Assembly: GCA_034722055.1 (NCBI GenBank)
Contig: JAYENL010000041.1
Coordinates: 1-14,126, forward strand
Length of the DNA stretch: 14,126 nucleotides
Direction of reading: 5' to 3'
From: Armatimonadota bacterium
GTDB taxonomy: Bacteria > Armatimonadota > Zipacnadia > Zipacnadales > UBA5352
The notes beneath the pieces are model-generated. The model saw only the letters and a program-made list of their open reading frames with translations, was not told the origin of the DNA and searched no databases. Within the stretch, counting starts at the first letter, position 1; each line of letters opens with the position of its first letter. Below, piece after piece: positions 6,578 through 14,126 of the stretch. A program made the position numbers and the translations under genes.

Positions 6578-6795
6578 TCTCAAGGGCCGCTCAAGCCGAA
6601 GTGTCCAGACTGTGCCTATACTATACCCAACAGCCCGCCATGTCAAGCGTCACGAGAAGTTTTTTTTGGAAATATGCTGGTCTCCGTTCCAGCTCTTGTT
6701 AGGCTCAAGCATCGCTCAAGACGCCGAGAGGCTAAGAGCGCCAGGGGCCGCGACGCGTTGAGGGAACGCCGAAATGGGCTCAAGATGCGCTCAAG
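6578..6795. promoter_or_regulatory. three tandem direct-repeat boxes (G/T)CTCAAG-N4-GCTCAAG, putative transcription factor sites
   Basis: TCTCAAG-ggcc-GCTCAAG 6578-6595; GCTCAAG-catc-GCTCAAG 6703-6720; GCTCAAG-atgc-GCTCAAG 6778-6795. All have an 11-bp period. Confidence 0.7.
6618..6646 (-). promoter_or_regulatory. sigma70-type promoter of flp
   Basis: Minus strand TTGACA (6646-6641), 17 bp, TAGTAT (6623-6618; overlapping TATAGT). An upstream A8 tract resembles an UP element. Confidence 0.75.
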
Positions 6796-7096
6796 AAAAA
6801 GGGGCTCAGACGGCGAATCGTTTAGCGCAGTCGGGCTGATTCCGCGCTGTTCGCGCGGGAACCCGCCGGGTTCCTGGCCTCGGCCACGGCCTCCGGAGTG
6901 CATCGGCTACTGCTGCGGATCGGTGGAGAGGGGCCAGTGATCGGTGCGCAACGGCACGCGGAAAAGGCCGGCACCAATGCGGAGATTCGCGACGGGGATG
7001 TCGGCCCGGCCGTACGGGGGCGCCCTCGGGTCCTGGACCCGGTCAGCCCAGGCCATCCCGGTGTCACGCGGGGTCTGGGCACCGGCCCGGGCGGTC

Positions 7097-8542
7097 CTAC
7101 CACTCTTCCCATAGCCGGGAGAAGTAGGCGCTGTAGCCGGGCGGCCCGGGATAGCCGTCCCAGTAGACGATCTCCTCGTCAAGCTCGCCCTCGCCGCCGC
7201 TGTGCAGCCACGCCAGCAGGCGCTGGTCGATCCCCCGTCGGCGCAGCTCCTGCTGGGCCGCCTCCCAAAGCCGCTCCACGACGTCGGAGTTGGCCCCGGC
7301 CACCTCCGCGATATCGCCCAGGCGCATCAGCCGGCAGTGCTCGGGCTCCGCGCACAGGTGCATCTGCCAGGTGTCGTCGAAGACCGTGAGCAGCGGCTGC
7401 TCGGGTGAATCCGCCCACCAGGGGCCCGCGGCCGTGCCGCCGAGCGCGATGTCGCGCTCCCCGCTTCCCGAGCGGGCCTGTTCGACGACAGTGAAGCCAT
7501 CGGCGCCCTCGGGCGGCTGCACGCCGGCCAGGTCCGCGATGGTGCCGAGGATGTCCTGCGGCTGGACGATGATGTCGCTCTCGCCGCGCTCCCCGCCCGG
7601 AAGCCGCACGATGAAGGGCGTATGTCCCTCCTGCTCGTGGATGGGGGCGCGCTTGCCGAAGAAGCCGCGCTCGTTCAGGGACGTCCCGTGGTCGGAGGTG
7701 AGCAGCACGCAGGTGTCATCGCCCCGTCCGGTCGCCTCCAGCGCGTCCAGCAGCTCGCCCAGCCAGCGGTCCACCCAGGTGACCTTTGCGGCGTAGAGCG
7801 CGGCGATGCGGCGGACGGCCTCCTCCGGCGCGCCGGCCGTGTCCCGGACCATGAAGGCCCGGGGGTCGATGCGGCCGTCCCAGGCGGTGTCATCGTCATA
7901 GAGCGTGGCGAACTCCGGCGGCACGTCCCAGGGCTCGTGGGGGTCGAAGCAGTCCACCCACAGCAGGAAGCGCTCCTGCGCCAGGTTGTCGTGCAGCCAG
8001 GCGGCGGCGGTGCGGAACAGCCGGGCGCAGTTCCAGGTCTCATGGCCGGCCCGCAGGCGGTTGGCGCGCACGTAGGTGGGGATCAGCCGCATGTCCTGGG
8101 GCTCGCCGTCAACGAAGTCGAAGAGCGGGTCGCGCGTCCAGTTCCCCGGCCACTGCAGCCTGGTGTCGATCCAGGGCCGGTCCACCTCGGCGCCGCGGAT
8201 CTGGGTCCAGGCGTTGAAGGGCCAGTCGAAGTTGTGGCCGCCGTTGACCAGGTGCGGGGTGTCGTGGATGAGCTGCGTGGCGTATCCGGCCTCCGCGAGC
8301 GTCCAGGGAAGCGTGGGCAGGTCCCAGCGCAGCGGCTTCCAGGGGAACAGGGGGCTGCCGTAGCGGCCGGTGATGGCGTCAGTGCGATGGGGGATCGTTG
8401 GGTAGCTGGCGCAGTACGATCTGCTGAAGTCCCAGGACTGCTCGATCAGCCGGTCGAGGTTCGGGGTCTTGATCCAGTCGTTGCCGTGAGCGCGGATGTG
8501 GTCGTATCGCAGGGTGTCGATGATGACGATGAGGAAGTTCAC
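7097..8542 (-). CDS. sulfatase/alkaline-phosphatase superfamily hydrolase with Thr at the nucleophile position
   Basis: NFLIVIIDTLRYDH, TPNLDRL, TIPHRTDAITG, FDPHEPWD, TSDHG. GTG 8542 is preferred as start because GAGGAG lies 8 nt upstream; ATG 8548 is the alternative. Confidence 0.9.
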   Translation of the reverse strand: MNFLIVIIDTLRYDHIRAHGNDWIKTPNLDRLIEQSWDFSRSYCASYPTIPHRTDAITGRYGSPLFPWKPLRWDLPTLPWTLAEAGYATQLIHDTPHLVNGGHNFDWPFNAWTQIRGAEVDRPWIDTRLQWPGNWTRDPLFDFVDGEPQDMRLIPTYVRANRLRAGHETWNCARLFRTAAAWLHDNLAQERFLLWVDCFDPHEPWDVPPEFATLYDDDTAWDGRIDPRAFMVRDTAGAPEEAVRRIAALYAAKVTWVDRWLGELLDALEATGRGDDTCVLLTSDHGTSLNERGFFGKRAPIHEQEGHTPFIVRLPGGERGESDIIVQPQDILGTIADLAGVQPPEGADGFTVVEQARSGSGERDIALGGTAAGPWWADSPEQPLLTVFDDTWQMHLCAEPEHCRLMRLGDIAEVAGANSDVVERLWEAAQQELRRRGIDQRLLAWLHSGGEGELDEEIVYWDGYPGPPGYSAYFSRLWEEW

Positions 8543-8670
8543 GGCCATCACTCCTCGGCGCGCTTCTGCACTGCCGAGGCTGGTAGTTGACCGCGCAGGG
8601 GCATTTGACCTGCCTGGAGGGGCTTATGCCGCGTGACCCCGGCCGTCGGGCCGGGGCCTGGTGTGCCGTT

Positions 8671-8748
8671 CCGTGGCACGCACACTCCTGTGCGTGCGCC
8701 GTGGCAGTGATGTGCACAACGACGGACGGATAGGAGTGTCCGTCCCAC
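8671..8748. repeat. inverted pair of GTGG-headed REP palindromes (REPIN-like doublet)
   Basis: GTGGCACGCACACTCCTGTGCGTGC on + and GTGGGACGGACACTCCTATCCGTCC on -. Both share the CACTCCT core with compensatory stem changes. 8671-8702 is the exact reverse complement of 3011-3042. Confidence 0.8.
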
Positions 8749-8920
8749 CGAAAGGCCCTCTGTGCTGTAGCTGCGCACCACTGCTGATATGCACAGTCCA
8801 CGGTGAGAGCAGGCATGGTGTGGTAGTGGCGGACAGCACGCCAACTTGTGCCATTGAGTACCGGGGGTCCCGTTGCTGCCGCTGGCGACCCGCTGCCGAT
8901 GGCCGGCTTCGGGCCGGCCG

Positions 8921-10513
8921 TCAGTGCGCCGGCCGGAACATCTGGAAGTCGCCGCCCGCCAGCCCCAGCACTTCGTACTTGTCGAGGCGGAAGGTGTGCC
9001 AGTAGCACGTCCAGCGCGGGTCGGACTGCAGGAATGCCGCCAGGCCCCGGATCATCTCGAGCTTCTCCGCGCGCATGGCCTCGTCCCCGGCCAGGTTGCG
9101 GTAGCTCCGATCGTCGAGGTCGTAGAGCTCGTCGAACTCGCTGGTGAGGTTGTGGGTGTACATCAGCCGGCGCCCGTCGAGCTGTGCGAGCCACGCGACC
9201 GCCGGGTTGGGGCAGACATGCCAGCCGGCCTCGAAGAGGAAGGGGCTCGTGCGCTGGTCGCGGTCCCCGCGGACCAGCGGCAGCAGGGACTCCCCGTCGA
9301 GGCGCTCGGCCGGCTCCACGCCGGCGACTCCCAGGATGCTCGGGGCGATGTCCAGCAGGCTCGCCAGCGCGTCCACCCGCGTGCCAGCGCGCTCGCCGCC
9401 GGGGAGCTTGACCACCAGCGGCACCAGCGCCACCTTGGGGTGGCCGTAGACGCCCTTGTCGATGAGCCCCAGCTCGCAGTTCATCTCCCCGTGGTCGCCG
9501 GCGAAGATGATCAGGGACTCGTCGTAGAGGCCGTGGCGATCGAGGGCGTCCAGGAAGCGCCCGATGGCCCCGTCCAGGGCCTCGATCTGCAGGTAGTTCA
9601 TGAGCATGTACCGCCGGGCGACCTCCTCGTCGTAGAGGCCCCAGTTCCTGACGTAGAACTCGTAGACCCGGGGCAGCCCCTGCACCTCGCCGGCGATGGC
9701 GCGGTGGTAGCTGTCGGGCAGCTCCACGTGCTGGCGCAGCTCCCGCGCGCGGTCCTGATAGCTGTCGGGGACCATGAAGGGCTGATGCGGGGCGAAGAAG
9801 TCGAGCTGCAGGTAGACGGGCGCGCCCTCCTCGCGCTGCACGAGGGCGCTGTCGAGGTTCTCGCGCGCCAGCCACGCCAGGTACTGGCTGTAGGTGGCCT
9901 CCTCGGGCAGCTCGCCGCCGCCGGTCTGCTCCACCCAGCCGCCGTAGCTGTTGCCCAGGTCGCCGCCGGGGCGCTGGCCGGTGACGGGATCGCGCCACTG
10001 CGGGGGCCGCACGCCCATCCGGCGCAGGTAGCTGAGGTAGCCGTCGTCATCGGTCAGCGGCGGGGCCCAGCGGTTCCATGCGTCGTCGCTCTCGCCGAAG
10101 GCGTCGATGAACGCGTGGGCGCCGACGTGACACTTGCCGACGTGCTTGGCCACCCAGCCGCTGTCGCGGAGGTACTCCGGGAAGATGGCGTCATCGTCAC
10201 GCAGCGCCACCTCCATGCCGTCATGCGCCCGCTCCTCATTGACCAGCAGGTAGGTGTAGCGGCCGGTGAGGGTTGATGCCCGCGAGGGCCCGCATAGGGG
10301 CGAGGTGGTGCAGGCGTGGGTGAAGAGCGTGCCGTCGCGCATCAGCCGGTCGAGGTTGGGAGTGCGCAGGTGCTCGCGGATGGGGCTGTCGGGGTCCCAG
10401 GCCTCGCGGGGCATCATGTCCACCGTGATGTAGACCGTGTGCGGCGGGCGGGCCTCTGCGTCGAGGTCATAGGGGTGGGCGCCGGTGCGGTCGTTGAGAT
10501 AGCGCCTCTCCAT
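8921..10513 (-). CDS. Cys-type (formylglycine-dependent) sulfatase-like hydrolase, about 530 aa
   Basis: TPNLDRL, SPLCGPSRASTLTG (CxPxR), HVGKCHV, FFAPHQP, GDHGEM, DKG, ELYDL. ATG 10513 with GGAG 8 nt upstream. Confidence 0.92.
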   Translation of the reverse strand: MERRYLNDRTGAHPYDLDAEARPPHTVYITVDMMPREAWDPDSPIREHLRTPNLDRLMRDGTLFTHACTTSPLCGPSRASTLTGRYTYLLVNEERAHDGMEVALRDDDAIFPEYLRDSGWVAKHVGKCHVGAHAFIDAFGESDDAWNRWAPPLTDDDGYLSYLRRMGVRPPQWRDPVTGQRPGGDLGNSYGGWVEQTGGGELPEEATYSQYLAWLARENLDSALVQREEGAPVYLQLDFFAPHQPFMVPDSYQDRARELRQHVELPDSYHRAIAGEVQGLPRVYEFYVRNWGLYDEEVARRYMLMNYLQIEALDGAIGRFLDALDRHGLYDESLIIFAGDHGEMNCELGLIDKGVYGHPKVALVPLVVKLPGGERAGTRVDALASLLDIAPSILGVAGVEPAERLDGESLLPLVRGDRDQRTSPFLFEAGWHVCPNPAVAWLAQLDGRRLMYTHNLTSEFDELYDLDDRSYRNLAGDEAMRAEKLEMIRGLAAFLQSDPRWTCYWHTFRLDKYEVLGLAGGDFQMFRPAH

Positions 10514-10699
10514 CGAGATCACTCCGGATGATGGTGTCGGGTCGCGGGCCCCTTCGCTGCTGTGGCCGCCGGACCTGCGGGCTCCGCGTCAGAATCGAAG
10601 GGAATGCGTATCACCGGCAACGGCTGCGCGCCTGGCGGCCCGCGTCGGGCGTAGGCACGTCCGACCTGCGGACGACACGACCACCAGTCCAGCCGCGCG

Positions 10700-10713
10700 G
10701 GGAAGCGCTTGCA
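10700..10713. promoter_or_regulatory. possible LacI/GalR-family operator
   Basis: GGGAAGCGCTTGCA has one mismatch to TGNAAGCGCTTNCA and lies about 190 bp upstream of the Cys-type sulfatase. Confidence 0.35.
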
Positions 10714-10767
10714 TGCCCTTCCTTTCGGCCACAGCCCCGCCCAAGGCCCGACCGTGGTGCCATCGGG

Positions 10768-10911
10768 ATGCCGCTGCAGATGATCGACTGCCCGTCGGGG
10801 AAGGACCCCTCCTGGACGGTGCTGGCGGGGGATTACAGCCCGGACTGGGACACCGCGGGCTCGTCGATTCTCTACGCGGACGGACACGTGAAGGTCAAGA
10901 CGAAGGACTAG
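10768..10911 (+). pseudogene. C-terminal remnant of a prepilin-type (DUF1559 / H-X9-DG-CTERM) protein
   Basis: Ends ...GSSILYADGHVKVKTKD*, matching the (N)xxxxDGHVK tail of this family. High-GC3 codon usage only over this tail; no N-terminal FTLIELL methylation motif seen upstream. Confidence 0.5.
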
Positions 10912-11147
10912 CCAGCGGCTGTCCAAGCGGTATCACCGGGCGAGGGCCAGGTAGCCGTCGCCCTCAACACGTGCGCGGTCGAGAACGCCCGCCAAGGGCG
11001 CACTCTGCACACGATAGGTACAATTGGCCCCGGTTGTGGCCCCCTTCCGGTAGGCGAGGCAATCGGATTGGTGTGTACTGCTGGCCTGCTTGGATCGGAT
11101 TGCCCAGCGTCTTCACTCCTTGTAGATGCTGGACGGGTGGGGGGCGC

Positions 11148-11375
11148 TCAGCGTCGGCGAAACCAGGCCCAGTATCCCAACAGACCACTCCCAAGTCCAT
11201 AGAAGCCGACCACACACAGGATGATTCCGATGGCTCCTCGCCAGCTGTAGTGGTCCGCGTTCCCAAGATTGCACTCCCACCACTGGAGCAAGCCGCCAAC
11301 CACGAGCATGACCAGTCCCGTGAGGATCAAGCAGCCTTGTTCACCTGTAGGGATACTGTCCAGTTCTTGGGGCAT
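11148..11375 (-). CDS. hypothetical small two-TM membrane protein, 75 aa
   Basis: SD AAGGAG (11385-11390) 9 nt before ATG 11375. Two hydrophobic segments and a basic C-terminus (RRR); lower-GC context. Alternative start 11444. Confidence 0.55.
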   Translation of the reverse strand: MPQELDSIPTGEQGCLILTGLVMLVVGGLLQWWECNLGNADHYSWRGAIGIILCVVGFYGLGSGLLGYWAWFRRR

Positions 11376-11667
11376 ACGTTCATTCTCCTTGGGCCAACGG
11401 TTGGCATGAGGCCAAGAGGACAGCGTCTTCGTCTTCTTGCTCATGGTGCCAAGAGAAAGCCTTGTAAGCGCACATATGGTGCATGATCTCGCGTACTTAT
11501 GTCAACACTTAGGATGTGCGACGGGGCGGTTGACCGAGAGTCGGGACGCACGATGAGCGCTCGGAGCTGCGCTGCGGGAAGGCCCCCGCGCCTTGGGGAA
11601 GGCCCTCGACCGTGCGGCCGCGAAGACTGCATTGCCGTTACGCAGGCCGATCCGGGAGGCGCTTGCT

Positions 11668-12216
11668 ATGACGCGCGATGAGGCGCTGGAGATACTGCAG
11701 GAGTACGTCGAGAACGAGAACCTTCGCAAGCACGCCTACGCGGTGGAGGCCGCCATGCGCGCCTACGCCCGCAAGTTCGGCGAGGATGAGGACTACTGGG
11801 GCAACGTGGGCCTGCTGCACGACTTCGACTGGGAGATCCATCCTACCATGGAGGAGCACCCCAGCAAGGGGGCCGAGATCCTGCGCGAGCGGGGCGTGGA
11901 CGAGGAGCTGGTCATGGACATCCAGGCCCATGCGCCGCACAGCGGCGTGCCGCGGGACACACTCGTCCGCAAGGCCATCTTCGCGGTGGATGAGCTGACC
12001 GGGTTCATCGTGGCCTGCTCGCTGGTGCGGCCCAATGGAATCTCGGACCTGAAGGCCAGCTCGGTGACGAAGAAGATGAAGGACAAGTCATTCGCCGCGG
12101 CGGTGGATCGCGACGACCTCCGCACCGGCGCGGAGGAGCTGGGCGAGGACCTGACCGACCACATCAACTTCGTGGTCGATGCCATGCGCGGGATCAACGA
12201 CGTGCTGGGGTTGTAG
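11668..12216 (+). CDS. HD/HDIG-domain predicted hydrolase, 182 aa
   Basis: SD GGGAGG before ATG 11668. LRKHAYAVEAAM, GLLHDFDWE, HPSKG, DELTGFIVAC, KKMKDKSFAAAVDR. Confidence 0.9.
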   Translation: MTRDEALEILQEYVENENLRKHAYAVEAAMRAYARKFGEDEDYWGNVGLLHDFDWEIHPTMEEHPSKGAEILRERGVDEELVMDIQAHAPHSGVPRDTLVRKAIFAVDELTGFIVACSLVRPNGISDLKASSVTKKMKDKSFAAAVDRDDLRTGAEELGEDLTDHINFVVDAMRGINDVLGL

Positions 12217-12260
12217 CGCACCAGAACTGCTGGACCCGCCCTATGAGAGGGGGACGCGTG

Positions 12261-13427
12261 ATGTATCTCCGACGCGCCGTGGTGGTTGTGAGTTGCCTTG
12301 TGTTCGTAACCGCCCTGCTCGGAGCCTCCGAGCAGGTCGCGGAGCCCGCCACGTACGAGGCCGCCTGGCCTATGCTGGGACACGACTCTCAGCACAGCTT
12401 CACCAGCCCCTTGCGCGGACCCGAGACGCCCACACTCCTGTGGAAGAGGCTGCCGGGCCACGAGCGCCATCCCCGCGGGCATTCGCCGATCATCGCAGCC
12501 GACGGCACGCTCTACATGTGGTACGACCGCACCCACTTCTATGCGCTGACGCCTGATGGCTCTCAGAAGTGGGCCCGGACGTATGATCACTGCCGCGGGT
12601 TCGCCCGGCAGATGCCCGCCGTCGCGCAGGATGGGACCGTCTACCTCGTGACCGGTGAGGGCGACCTTGCGGCACTTGAGCCCAGCTCCCTGGAGAGGTG
12701 GCGATTCACTGCGCGCAAGGGGTCTGCCCGAGGGCCAGAGTTGATTACCGCGCCAGTCCTGGGCCCCGACGGCACCATCTTTGTTGGAAGCCACTATGGG
12801 CTCTACGCCATCGCCGCCAACGGTCGTGAGAAGTGGCTGTTCGAGACCGGAGGTTCGCTGTCGCACGCCCCAGCGGTGGCAGCGGACGGCACCATCTACA
12901 TCGCACAGCGCGGCCTCACCGCCGTCGCCCCTGACGGCAGCGAGAAGTGGCATCTGGATATGGACCACCCCTGGGGCGTTGAGCCGGCGATCGGGCCGGA
13001 CGGGACGATTTACGTCACGGCAGGCGACCGCGATCGCCTGTGCGCAGTGAGTCCGGCGGGCGAGGTGAAGTGGGAGCTGCGGTCCTCCCGGATGCTCTCG
13101 CCGTGGCTCGCCGTGGGGCCGGACGGGACCGTCTACTGCTTCGCGGGCGAGCTCACGGGCCATCTCGTTGCTCTGAATCCCGACGGGTCGCGCAGGTGGA
13201 TGCACCCGCTTCCGCAGTCTGCACACGCGCCGCCGGCCATAGATGCCGACGGCGTCATCTACATCTGCGATGCGAACTACCTGTTCGCCATCCGGCCCGA
13301 CGGCACCGAGAAGTGGCGTCTGCGCACCGATGGCCCCAGCGGCGCACCCGTGATCGGCCCCGACGGGCGCATCTACCTGCTGACCTACAGCGGGCTGATC
13401 GCGGTCGGCGAGAAGACTGGCCGCTGA
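12261..13427 (+). CDS. secreted PQQ-binding-like beta-propeller repeat protein (BamB-like fold)
   Basis: Signal peptide-like N-terminus (MYLRRAVVVVSCLVFVTALLGA), WPMLGHD motif, and about 8 repeats of PxxxxDGTIY...LxAxxPDGxxKW. Confidence 0.88.
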   Translation: MYLRRAVVVVSCLVFVTALLGASEQVAEPATYEAAWPMLGHDSQHSFTSPLRGPETPTLLWKRLPGHERHPRGHSPIIAADGTLYMWYDRTHFYALTPDGSQKWARTYDHCRGFARQMPAVAQDGTVYLVTGEGDLAALEPSSLERWRFTARKGSARGPELITAPVLGPDGTIFVGSHYGLYAIAANGREKWLFETGGSLSHAPAVAADGTIYIAQRGLTAVAPDGSEKWHLDMDHPWGVEPAIGPDGTIYVTAGDRDRLCAVSPAGEVKWELRSSRMLSPWLAVGPDGTVYCFAGELTGHLVALNPDGSRRWMHPLPQSAHAPPAIDADGVIYICDANYLFAIRPDGTEKWRLRTDGPSGAPVIGPDGRIYLLTYSGLIAVGEKTGR

Positions 13428-13461
13428 GTTTGGAAGGCCGCGTCATTGAGCGCCGCGAAAT

Positions 13462-13495
13462 GCCCCTCTCCGGCCTGGAGAGGGGCCGCTTCTTC
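13462..13495 (+). terminator. hairpin, possible weak terminator
   Basis: GCCCCTCTCC-GGCCT-GGAGAGGGGC followed by CGCTTCTTC; the U-tract is poor. Confidence 0.4.
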
Positions 13496-13521
13496 AGCAT
13501 TACCCCCAGTGGAGGGACGCC

Positions 13522-14126
13522 ATGAGCGAGCAGCGGGACGCAGACGGCTACGGCCACATCAGCATGTCGCCGCGCGACGAGATCGTCGCCGGCAGCATGG
13601 TGACGCTGACCTTCGAGTACACGGTGGGCGAGAGGGGCCTGAGCGAGGGCGGGCAGCTTCGCATCGCCACGCCCAACGACGCCTGGGGGTGGCCCATGGT
13701 GCCCGTGCACCGCTTCATCCAGCGAGGCCACGAGCGCGGGGGCTACGACGACGGCTACGTCAGCTACGGGCGCAAGAACGTGGCGGCAGAGCTTGACAGC
13801 GACACCGAGGCCTGGATCGACCTGGATGCCGAGGAGCGCCAGGTGCACTTCGTGCGCAACCGCGACGGCGGCGGCTGGGCGCACAACATCGTGGCCTACG
13901 CTCGCGACGCCGACCTGCAGCCGGGAGACGTCATCCGTATCATCTACGGGGACACCACCTGGGGCGAGGACGGCGTGGAGGCCCAGCGCGTCTGCCCCAC
14001 GCCCAAGGACCGCTTCCACGCCTACGTGGACGTTCGGGGAGACCGGGACTTCTACGAGCTGCCCGGCGATGAGCTGCAGGTGACGGTGGTGCCCACGCCC
14101 CCGGCGCAGTTCAACGTGGTGGTGCC
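13522..14126 (+). CDS. 5' part of a large protein, N-terminus resembling DUF3604/PHP-like metallohydrolase proteins (partial)
   Basis: SD GGAGG, ATG 13522, frame open to the window end: MSEQRDADGYGHISMSPRDEIVAGSMVTLTFEYTVGERGLSEGGQLRI...LQPGDVIRIIYGD...AYVDVRGDRDF. Strong GC3 bias. The family call is from recalled similarity only. Confidence 0.75.
   Translation, partial: MSEQRDADGYGHISMSPRDEIVAGSMVTLTFEYTVGERGLSEGGQLRIATPNDAWGWPMVPVHRFIQRGHERGGYDDGYVSYGRKNVAAELDSDTEAWIDLDAEERQVHFVRNRDGGGWAHNIVAYARDADLQPGDVIRIIYGDTTWGEDGVEAQRVCPTPKDRFHAYVDVRGDRDFYELPGDELQVTVVPTPPAQFNVVV

Noticed and set aside
6142..7096. Assorted 86-186 aa ORFs around flp
   Set aside because: They overlap the pilin and its promoter, lack SDs and motifs, and have Arg/Pro/Ser-rich shadow composition.
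8838..8856. Possible sigma54 promoter TGGCAC on the minus strand
   Set aside because: No TTGC at the required -12 spacing.
8379..10276. 539-aa minus and 467-aa plus ORFs
   Set aside because: Alternate-frame and antisense shadows of the Cys-type sulfatase.
11793..14019. 477-aa and 254-aa minus-strand ORFs
   Set aside because: Antisense to well-supported plus-strand genes.

Overview
High-GC bacterial chromosomal segment; the gene content (sulfatases, an H-X9-DG-type pilin remnant, Flp pilin, PQQ-type propeller, T-box) suggests an Armatimonadota-like lineage, which is inference only. In order: a near-consensus sigma70 promoter and a complete transcriptional Leu T-box riboswitch preceding leuA (2-isopropylmalate synthase); a heptamer tandem repeat and a cluster of GGAG/GTGG-headed REP-like palindromes; a lower-GC HEPN-like (Rx4H) gene divergent from a MrfA/YprA/Hrq1-type DEAH helicase with a DUF1998 Zn-finger; an orphan 55-aa Flp pilin missing from the ORF track, with its own promoter, structured UTRs, terminator and three GCTCAAG-N4-GCTCAAG boxes; two minus-strand sulfatase-superfamily genes (one Thr-type, one Cys-type); a 'DGHVK' prepilin C-terminal remnant; a small membrane protein; an HD-domain hydrolase; a secreted PQQ-like beta-propeller; and the 5' part of a DUF3604-like protein. 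The most novel-looking elements are the regulatory architecture of the flp gene, the atypical T-box with a downstream small ORF, and the solo HEPN-like gene.
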